Positions 19,556-25,761 of a stretch of DNA of 35,763 nucleotides are shown in pieces (position 1 is the stretch's first letter; the number at the start of each line of letters is the position of its first letter). The DNA lies in contig DMZH01000003.1 in NCBI GenBank assembly GCA_003484955.1, positions 1 through 35,763 on the forward strand, in the 5' to 3' direction. This DNA comes from Candidatus Woesebacteria bacterium. Its GTDB lineage: Bacteria; Patescibacteriota; Microgenomatia; UBA8517. The notes beneath the pieces were generated by a model. The model ran no database searches. It worked only from the letters and a program-made list of their open reading frames with translations, and was not told where the DNA came from. Position numbers and translations under genes: made by a program.

Positions 19556-20511
19556 TTTTTAAGAGGGTGAAACTTGTTGTGGGTTTCTTCGGCAAACTTA
19601 TCTGACGAATGAACATAGCGTGTTGTAGTATTAAGGGACTCGTGTCCCAAAAGCACCTGGATTGCAGCAGGGGAGGCTCCCTGTTCGGCTAAATAAGTGG
19701 CAAATCCATGTCTCAATGAATGAGCAGAAGTCGGAACATTTATCCTTAACTTTTCCCTATACTCTTTAATCTTGGCCTGCAAATAATTTGTGGAAATCCT
19801 TCTGTCCGATTTATTACTGTTTGAACCTCTATAAGGGATAAATAAAGCGGCTAAGTTGTCATTTCTTGTATTTAGATAAACTTCCAAAAAATGTATTGCA
19901 CGGGGCGTTAAATACACAAATCTTTCCTTTTTCCCTTTTCCCATTATGAAAATTTTTCCGCTGCCGTCTATGTCCCTTTTTTTAAGTTTACAAAGCTCAC
20001 TGATACGCATTCCTGTTGAAAATAGAACCTCAAGCATTACGCGGTTTCTTAACCCGATTTTAGGGTTTTTTTCTAAAGCCTCCGGCGCTTCAATAAGCCT
20101 AACTAAGTCGGAAAACTCGGCTACTTTTGCATGTTTTTTCTCAGTTTTTACCAATTTAACCGTTTCGGGAGCAACCGGAATTTTATAATCCACATCCACT
20201 AAATATTTGAGATATGACCTTAAGGTGGAAAGCATCCTATTCATGGAAAAGGAAGACAATTTGATACCGTCTTTTTCCTTTTTGGTTGAGGTTAATCTGT
20301 CCTTTGATGCTAAATACGCTTTATATTGATTAATAACCAGTTTTGTGACATCTTCAAAAAGAATGGGGGAGGGGCCAGCAAACTCTTCCAAAAAAAGCCG
20401 GAATGTCGACAAATCACGTTCATAATTATAAACAGTTTCCTCGGAATAATTTTGGGTTTTAATATAAAGTAAGAAGTCTTCAAAAAGAGGTAACTGAATT
20501 TGAGAAGTCAT
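19552..20511 (-). CDS. XerC/XerD-type tyrosine recombinase with canonical active site
   Basis: GMRISEL, MGKGKKERFVYL, AHSLRHGFATYL and LLGHESLNTTTRYVH give the R-K-HxxR-H-Y set. Confidence 0.9.
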   Translation of the reverse strand: MTSQIQLPLFEDFLLYIKTQNYSEETVYNYERDLSTFRLFLEEFAGPSPILFEDVTKLVINQYKAYLASKDRLTSTKKEKDGIKLSSFSMNRMLSTLRSYLKYLVDVDYKIPVAPETVKLVKTEKKHAKVAEFSDLVRLIEAPEALEKNPKIGLRNRVMLEVLFSTGMRISELCKLKKRDIDGSGKIFIMGKGKKERFVYLTPRAIHFLEVYLNTRNDNLAALFIPYRGSNSNKSDRRISTNYLQAKIKEYREKLRINVPTSAHSLRHGFATYLAEQGASPAAIQVLLGHESLNTTTRYVHSSDKFAEETHNKFHPLKK

Positions 20512-20540
20512 ATTATACTCAGTTTACTGGAGCCTTGTTC

Positions 20541-21299
20541 CTATGTCAAACAAGGAGATTTGTCGTTTTTGAGAGCGCGGTCGAGTGCATCCATAAAAGG
20601 ATAAATTGCCTGAAGGCCGTCCGGATATCTTTTAATAACGAATAGGCGTTCATGGGTGAAATCGGGCAATGTTTTACCTTGAGGAATATTGACCACCAGA
20701 CAGTTGGGAATATCAGCCTCAATTGCTGCCTGAACAAATTTTAAGGCATCATCTATGAATACAACCCACGGAGCTTTTGAGGCTATTTCTTTAAGTTTTT
20801 GGATCTTAAATTCCGCACCGGAAAGATTATCACCATTACTTCTAATAAGAATGTTCTCAGGCTTAATTTCGGGAAATTTACACTCAAACCAATTGAGTGT
20901 TACATCTTTAAATTCCGAGTTTCTTGAGGTCAATATAAAATTCCGCTCAGGACCATAGTGCTTCAGTGTCTTTTGAATTACCGGCTTTACATAAAGTATG
21001 CTTTGGGACTTCTCAAGAACCTCAGGACTATAGAAATCGTCTTCAGCATGGTTTATAGCGTCTTCAGTAAGTCCGGCGTTTCTGGCGATGTCAGTTAAAT
21101 AAGTCCAACCGTCTATGTCTGAGGTTTTAACCGGAATTCCGTGTTTTTCAGAAAATCTTTTGTAAACTTCTTTTGATGTATCCGAAAAAATTCCGTCATT
21201 GTCATAGACAAAAACTGTTTCGGGATTTTTAATAACTTTTTCGAAAAGTTTCCAATCACCGGTAAAAAGTTCAGAGAACCTATAAGGCTGGCGTTCCAT
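20541..21299 (-). CDS. HAD-superfamily hydrolase, 5'(3')-deoxyribonucleotidase-like
   Basis: Motif I is VYDNDGIFSD, motif II is ILTSRNS, and motif IV is FIDDALKF. Confidence 0.6.
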   Translation of the reverse strand: MERQPYRFSELFTGDWKLFEKVIKNPETVFVYDNDGIFSDTSKEVYKRFSEKHGIPVKTSDIDGWTYLTDIARNAGLTEDAINHAEDDFYSPEVLEKSQSILYVKPVIQKTLKHYGPERNFILTSRNSEFKDVTLNWFECKFPEIKPENILIRSNGDNLSGAEFKIQKLKEIASKAPWVVFIDDALKFVQAAIEADIPNCLVVNIPQGKTLPDFTHERLFVIKRYPDGLQAIYPFMDALDRALKNDKSPCLT

Positions 21300-21471
21300 G
21301 GATTAGTCTTTTTAACACACTTTTGGGATAAAATCCATGCCTAGCCTGAAGCTAAAACCTCGTGTAATCAATTCTAAAGCCAGTCTGGATTGAAAGATGA
21401 TTAACTTGATCATCGAATCGAACCGAAAACATGGGAAATACCGCAAAATCCATAAAAAGGAGACAAAACTA

Positions 21472-21492
21472 CCGGGGACCGGGGGAGGGGTG
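21472..21492 (+). repeat. G-rich left arm of a long-range imperfect inverted repeat
   Basis: ccggggaccgggggaggggtg can pair with 22031-22050. ccgg pairs with ccgg, and ggggagggg pairs with ctcctcccc (9 bp including one G-T). Confidence 0.6.
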
Positions 21493-21952
21493 AAAAGGAG
21501 TTGAATTTCCTTCGGCTAAACTTCGGAGAAGTTATTTTTAACAAATTTTCAAAAGTGGAGAATTATATAAAAAGTAAGACCATAAACAATTAATGGCCGG
21601 AAAAGATTAATGCATACAACAAGAGTCACTACGCTCCATCCACATATTAGAAACCGAGTGTAAGGGTTATTATACTCGGTTTAATCAAATTCAATATAAC
21701 CGTATATCTAATCACACTTCCTAATAGAGAGTGGTAGAACCTCTCTTACCTTATCAATATATGTGATGGCTCTCTATGCCACGTCTCCCTAAAGGAAGTA
21801 CACTGTTGCACGCCTTTATATGTATATTAGTTATCCACAAGGAGGCGTACTTAAGAGCAAAGGTGTATTTTGAAGCTAATAACTATATCAAACTATACAA
21901 ATCCTCCAAGAATGGGCTTCGGCTTTTCTTCGACAAGGTGTCTACGTCGCAT

Positions 21953-21963
21953 TTCGTGAAAAC
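21953..21963 (+). repeat. Extra direct copy of the 11-nt arm TTCGTGAAAAC
   Basis: Identical to 21975-21985, with starts 22 nt apart. Confidence 0.85.
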
Positions 21964-21974
21964 AACCTATAATT

Positions 21975-22002
21975 TTCGTGAAAACATATTCGGTTTCACG
22001 AA
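21975..22002 (+). other. Candidate dif-like Xer recombination site, 11-6-11 architecture
   Basis: TTCGTGAAAAC | ATATTC | GGTTTCACGAA. The arms are inverted repeats identical at 10/11 positions. The site lies about 1.5 kb from the tandem Xer-like genes and 4.7 kb from the strand-bias switch. Confidence 0.35.
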
Positions 22003-22030
22003 TATATATCCTATAATTATAGGGTGTCTA

Positions 22031-22050
22031 CTACCCTCCTCCCCTGCCGG
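22031..22050 (+). repeat. C-rich right arm of the long-range inverted repeat
   Basis: ctaccctcctcccctgccgg is the complement partner of 21472-21492. Confidence 0.6.
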
Positions 22051-22097
22051 ACCGTGTCAGTAATTTTTAATTTAAAATTTAAAATTAATAATTGAGG

Positions 22098-22868
22098 CTA
22101 CGCGCCCCAGTGAGTTGCAATAAACATTGCAGCGAAGATTAAAGCTCCGACCAGGAGGTGTTCCCTAATGGTGGACTTAAAAAGTCTTTCCTCGAGCTTC
22201 GCCTGCCCCAATCCCAAAAGCATATAAAAAGAGGCTGTCAAAAAAAGAGATCCTACTACTATTGTTGTAGGCCAAAAATAAAGCGCTGCGGACAGTTCTG
22301 CTGTGATAAGTGAGGAGATAAGGGAAAGTTTCATAAGCTCCCCCGAATATTCCTTGTCTAAAACCATCGACCAAAAGCCCTGAAGATATAAAGGAAACGA
22401 CAAAACAAAAACCGCGGTAACTAAATAATATATTTCTGTTCTAATAGAGAGGATTGCGTCAAAAACAAGGAAAGAAGCAACAAGAGTGAGCACAAAACCT
22501 ACTCCCCTCGCCGCTCTGAGAAGAGCTATGGTTCTGACCGACGCAACCGAATAAATATTCGCGGTTAAACATAAAATATAAATCCCAATACCGTAAAAAA
22601 GAACAATTGGAATTCTCGCAAAAATATTGGCGGGGAGCAAAAACCAGAAAAACCCGACGCCAAGCGTATACATCACCGGCAGCACCAAAGTAAGGAGAGT
22701 CATGTTTCTACCCAAACTTTCAAAGAGAGACCAGAGAAAAAGCGCAAATGTCAAAAGTCCTAAAATCCCTATCGCCCAAAATCTGTTTTGGTCATTTAAA
22801 AACTGTACCCCAATAAAGCCGAAGGAAAGAATAAGTGAGGTAATGACAAAGCGGGTGCGTTTGGACAT
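22098..22868 (-). CDS. Polytopic integral membrane protein, function unknown
   Basis: About 8 hydrophobic helices run through the 256 aa. I recognise no catalytic motif. Confidence 0.75.
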   Translation of the reverse strand: MSKRTRFVITSLILSFGFIGVQFLNDQNRFWAIGILGLLTFALFLWSLFESLGRNMTLLTLVLPVMYTLGVGFFWFLLPANIFARIPIVLFYGIGIYILCLTANIYSVASVRTIALLRAARGVGFVLTLVASFLVFDAILSIRTEIYYLVTAVFVLSFPLYLQGFWSMVLDKEYSGELMKLSLISSLITAELSAALYFWPTTIVVGSLFLTASFYMLLGLGQAKLEERLFKSTIREHLLVGALIFAAMFIATHWGA

Positions 22869-22878
22869 TGTATATTTC

Positions 22879-23613
22879 TTAAATCTTAGACATCACGTCG
22901 TCGGGAATATCCGCGTTGATGAAAACATTCTGGACATCATCGTGGCTTTCAACTTCATCAATAAATTTCATTATTTTTCCGGCAGTGGAAGGATCGGTAA
23001 CTGTTACGAAATTCTTGGGTTTCATCTGAAGTTCCGTCTCGGTTACCTCAAAGCCGGCTGCAACCAGGGCTTTATGAATTTGTCCCAACTTATCGGGGGC
23101 AACATAAATCTCAAAACTACTTCCTATATCTTCCATGTCCTCTGCCCCGGCATCGATGAGTTGAAGCATTTGTGCATCAGGATCATCTTTTTTCTTGATA
23201 ACCATAAATCCTTTGCTTTCAAAATTAAAGGCAACGGAGTTTGGGCCACCCATACTCCCCCCTGCCCTATCAAAAAGATTTTTAATTTCCTGCGCGGTTC
23301 TGTTTTTGTTGTCTGAGGCAACCTCTATCATAACCCCGATTCCACCGGGGCCAAATCCTTCGTAGGTAATTTCCTCAAGATTGGCAGCCTCGGTTGTTGC
23401 TTTGGCAATTGCTCTTTCAATATTTTCCTTGGGCATGCTAACAGCTCTTGCTTTGTCGATCTCAAACCGGAGCTTGAAGTTCATGTCCGGGTCCCCACCG
23501 CTTTTAGCGGCAATCATAATGGCACGGGCCATCTTACTAAAAAGGTTTCCCTTGGCTGCATCATTCACCGCCTTCTGGCGCTTGATGGTTGCAAAATGAG
23601 AATGTCCACTCAT
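22879..23613 (-). CDS. yebC: YebC/PmpR (TACO1) family transcriptional regulator
   Basis: MSGHSHFATIKRQKAVNDAAKGNLFSKMARAI...GGDPDMNFKLR is the near-invariant family N-terminus. An extended -10 box (TGGTATAAT, minus strand, 23624-23632) ends 10 nt before the ATG. Confidence 0.95.
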   Translation of the reverse strand: MSGHSHFATIKRQKAVNDAAKGNLFSKMARAIMIAAKSGGDPDMNFKLRFEIDKARAVSMPKENIERAIAKATTEAANLEEITYEGFGPGGIGVMIEVASDNKNRTAQEIKNLFDRAGGSMGGPNSVAFNFESKGFMVIKKKDDPDAQMLQLIDAGAEDMEDIGSSFEIYVAPDKLGQIHKALVAAGFEVTETELQMKPKNFVTVTDPSTAGKIMKFIDEVESHDDVQNVFINADIPDDVMSKI

Positions 23614-23666
23614 ACTACCCCGTATTATACCAAATTTACCTTAATACAAAAGTCCTGGCTTGCCTA

Positions 23667-23695
23667 TTGACAAATCGTACGACTACTCGTACGAT
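23667..23695 (+). promoter_or_regulatory. Toxin-antitoxin promoter with tandem palindromic operator
   Basis: TTGACA at 23667-23672 and a -10-like TACGAT at 23690-23695 (17-nt spacer). Two copies of the self-complementary octamer TCGTACGA lie at 23675-23682 and 23687-23694. Confidence 0.5.
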
Positions 23696-23701
23696 TATAG
23701 C

Positions 23702-23968
23702 ATGACTACTATAACTTTAACCGCCAGTGAAGCCAGGGAAAACCTGTACAAACTTATTAAAAAGGCCTCTATGGGTATTCAAGCTTTTGAAATCAAGTTA
23801 AGAGGTTCTGAGCCGGTTGTCCTTATGAGCAAATCCGAACTTGAGTCCTGGGAAGAAACTTTAGATATATTGTCCAGTCCGGAAGAAGTAAAAGCACTTA
23901 AAGAAGCTCGTAAAGAAACCAAACTTTATAGCGAGGCCGATGTGAAAAAAATGCTTGGTCTTAAATAA
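23702..23968 (+). CDS. Phd/YefM-family antitoxin (88 aa)
   Basis: MTTITLTASEARENLYKLIKKA..VVLMSKSELESWEETLDIL is typical of Phd/YefM. The ATG at 23702 is preferred because the track's TTG at 23660 lies upstream of the promoter elements. Confidence 0.8.
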   Translation: MTTITLTASEARENLYKLIKKASMGIQAFEIKLRGSEPVVLMSKSELESWEETLDILSSPEEVKALKEARKETKLYSEADVKKMLGLK

Positions 23969-24216
23969 TGGATCTTTTCTTCAAACCTGTTGCCACCAAA
24001 GAATTGAAAAAACTTCCAGTCGTCGAGGCTAGAAAGATATTTAAAAAAATTCAACTACTAAAAGAGTTTCCGTTTTCAGGTAAACCCTTAAGTGGAGAAT
24101 TTGAAGGATCACGATCCATCAGGACTTGGCCGTATAGAGTGATTTACAGAATACAACCCAAGGTCGGAATCGTCATTGAAACTATCAAACACCGCCAGAG
24201 TTCATATAAAAGATAA
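23968..24216 (+). CDS. RelE/ParE-family toxin (82 aa)
   Basis: TAATG overlap with the antitoxin gene. The pattern is LKKLP...KI..L...P..GKPL.GE..G.RSIR..PYRVIYRI......VIETIKHRQ..Y. Confidence 0.8.
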   Translation: MDLFFKPVATKELKKLPVVEARKIFKKIQLLKEFPFSGKPLSGEFEGSRSIRTWPYRVIYRIQPKVGIVIETIKHRQSSYKR

Positions 24217-24255
24217 CACCATTCCGATTGTTATATTGACAGAAAATTCTTCACG

Positions 24256-24507
24256 ATGTTAAATGATTTTGTGATAAAAAATTCTAAGGATGAACATTTA
24301 TATAAAGTTTTTTCTGAGGCCTTCCATGAAGTTGTTGAGCCCCATCTGGAAGACATCAAAGATACATTGGAAAACGTTGAAACCAGATTGGATAAAGTCG
24401 AAACTAAACTGGATAAAATTGATGACCGGCTAGATAGACATGGAACGATACTCGATGGTCACGAAAAAAGAATGTCAACTCTGGAGGAAGTCTCCCCGAT
24501 CCACTAA
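24256..24507 (+). CDS. Small coiled-coil protein (83 aa)
   Basis: Heptad-like repeats LENVETRLDKVETKLDKIDDRLDRHGTILDGHEKRMSTLE. Confidence 0.5.
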   Translation: MLNDFVIKNSKDEHLYKVFSEAFHEVVEPHLEDIKDTLENVETRLDKVETKLDKIDDRLDRHGTILDGHEKRMSTLEEVSPIH

Positions 24508-24531
24508 ACCCCTAACTCCCAATAAGAAAAA

Positions 24532-24747
24532 CTAAATGTTTTGTAGTCTGTGGCTTGCCATGAGAAGCTCTTCGGCGAGAAGTTTATGTTCAAGATTCAA
24601 ATCTATTTGTAAAAATCTTTTTAGTTCCGGTTTTTCTTCAAGATTTTTCAATAAAACAGAAACAAATTTTTGGTTGGTACCCATTGCCGTCCAGTAAGCT
24701 GCTCTTCGTAAGTCTGATGCTGTATTTAAATAATCCAACTTTGTCAT
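24532..24747 (-). CDS. Small helical hypothetical protein (71 aa)
   Basis: 4-nt ATGA overlap with the upstream 109-aa gene. No motif recognised. Confidence 0.5.
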   Translation of the reverse strand: MTKLDYLNTASDLRRAAYWTAMGTNQKFVSVLLKNLEEKPELKRFLQIDLNLEHKLLAEELLMASHRLQNI

Positions 24748-25073
24748 TTCAATAGATTTTCCGTAACCTTAGTAAACACTTTTCTTATGTCAGGATCAAG
24801 TATTTCCATGCTGTCATTCTCCTCCCCCGGTCTAATATTTATTATTGCCTGCATATCAATCTTTCCGGAAGATAAATCAAACCCTCCTCCCCATAAGTTT
24901 TTCTGTACAGAACCATTTTCTATAAGAATTTTTTCTGCATCGGCATGAAATTTTCCGCCGATGGCAATAATCTCTTTTTTAATATCCGCGACAACCTTTA
25001 CATAACTACTAAATTCCTCAGAAGCTTTCTCAATTTCTTCTTTTGTGGCTTTTCTTTCCAAAATGACTATCAC
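24744..25073 (-). CDS. Small conserved-looking hypothetical protein (109 aa)
   Basis: YVKVVADIKKEIIAIGGKFHADAEKILIENGSVQKNLWGGGF resembles a small uncharacterised family (possibly DUF5674, from memory and unverified). Confidence 0.55.
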   Translation of the reverse strand: MIVILERKATKEEIEKASEEFSSYVKVVADIKKEIIAIGGKFHADAEKILIENGSVQKNLWGGGFDLSSGKIDMQAIINIRPGEENDSMEILDPDIRKVFTKVTENLLK

Positions 25074-25090
25074 AAGAAGATTTTACCATA

Positions 25091-25112
25091 TTATGGAGCC
25101 ACTTCCCTCCAA
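25091..25112. repeat. 22-bp perfect direct repeat, left copy (ttatggagccacttccctccaa)
   Basis: Identical to 25740-25761. It lies 3 nt outside the stop of the aspartic-protease gene. Confidence 0.95.
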
Positions 25113-25115
25113 CAA

Positions 25116-25532
25116 TCAAACCTCTAAATTAATCTTTCCTCGTTTGTAAAAAAATGATATTTGGCCCAAGTGGTCAAAAAATCCGATCTCACCCAAAAGA
25201 GAGAAGCCGTTTGATGGAATGTCATTAGTGAACACAATCGGAGTTGAAAAGCTAACACTTTCGCCTCTATTGTAAATCATTAAATCTAAAACGGCCAAAA
25301 ATCCGGTTAATTTTTGACTCTTTTCACCAACTCCGCCAAATATTATTGGCTTGTCCATGTTTAGACTTAATCCAAGATCTTTGGCTATGGACAGGTGAAA
25401 AACATTAAAATCAGCACCAGAGTCTATAAGAGCTGGAACATTTACAGCTGAATTCTTATAGGAAAGTCTGACAGGAATAATTGGTCTTTTATGTGGGCCA
25501 ATTTTAATATAATCAAACTTCATTTTCTTCAT
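25116..25532 (-). CDS. Retropepsin-like (clan AA) aspartic protease
   Basis: The ALIDSGADFNVF active-site D-S-G-A motif sits in a ~140-aa protein. The size fits a homodimeric retropepsin-type fold. Confidence 0.75.
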   Translation of the reverse strand: MKKMKFDYIKIGPHKRPIIPVRLSYKNSAVNVPALIDSGADFNVFHLSIAKDLGLSLNMDKPIIFGGVGEKSQKLTGFLAVLDLMIYNRGESVSFSTPIVFTNDIPSNGFSLLGEIGFFDHLGQISFFYKRGKINLEV

Positions 25533-25717
25533 CCAATGAAAGCTGTTAAATTTGAGGGAACACGAAAAATATTGGGAACTTTATACCCCATTTTTTTAGC
25601 TTTTCGGTAAACAAACGAGGAGGTTTTGCCGGATACCACCACTTTTGCAAAACGATCGTCCATTGCTACCCACTTTCCTTTATATTTTTTATAAACCGGA
25701 GTTAAATCCTTGGTCAT
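25529..25717 (-). CDS. DUF5678-like small protein (62 aa), partner of the aspartic protease
   Basis: KKYKGKWVAMDDRFAKVVVSGKTSSFVYRKAKKMGYKVPNIFRVP matches my memory of the kGkWVA...vv.sg family. 4-nt overlap with the protease gene. Confidence 0.6.
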   Translation of the reverse strand: MTKDLTPVYKKYKGKWVAMDDRFAKVVVSGKTSSFVYRKAKKMGYKVPNIFRVPSNLTAFIG

Positions 25718-25739
25718 ACAATTTTAGTATAACACAACT

Positions 25740-25761
25740 TTATGGAGCCACTTCCCTCCAA
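25740..25761. repeat. 22-bp perfect direct repeat, right copy; it is the stop codon plus the last 6 codons (WREVAP*) of the 950-aa gene
   Basis: Read directly; identical to 25091-25112. Confidence 0.95.

Noticed and set aside
21396-21426. A 6-bp/7-nt-loop hairpin next to a T-loop-like GGTTCGATTCG (minus strand) suggested a tRNA or tmRNA fragment.
   Set aside because: The element order is wrong for a tRNA on either strand. No T-stem or acceptor pairing exists, there is no U33-type anticodon loop, and no tmRNA 5' GGGG / 3' CCA ends are present.
21831-21839. A perfect DnaA-box consensus TTATCCACA in the long ORF-free region, plus a 32-nt pure A/T tract at 22061-22092, suggested an oriC.
   Set aside because: There is only one perfect box; the other candidates match at only 7/9. 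There is no dnaA/dnaN nearby. Flanking genes are co-oriented on the minus strand rather than divergent. A single 9-mer match in 2 x 36 kb is not improbable by chance.
21811-21840. The TGTATA core (21821-21826), flanked by AT-rich sequence, resembled the central region of E. coli dif.
   Set aside because: The flanking 11-mers are not inverted repeats of each other and do not match dif arms. The 21975-22002 palindrome is a much better candidate.
21776-22063. A 95-aa ORF on the + strand inside the non-coding region.
   Set aside because: It has no SD or promoter context and low-complexity, implausible composition. It spans repeats and palindromes and is antisense-oriented relative to all neighbours. 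It is most likely a chance ORF.
22627-23316. A 229-aa + strand ORF spanning the membrane-protein and yebC genes.
   Set aside because: It is antisense to two well-supported genes and crosses their intergenic spacer. It has no motifs.
23660-23701. An N-terminal extension (14 aa, TTG start) of the antitoxin.
   Set aside because: The extension is encoded by the promoter/operator itself. The family N-terminus fits MTTITLTASEAR.
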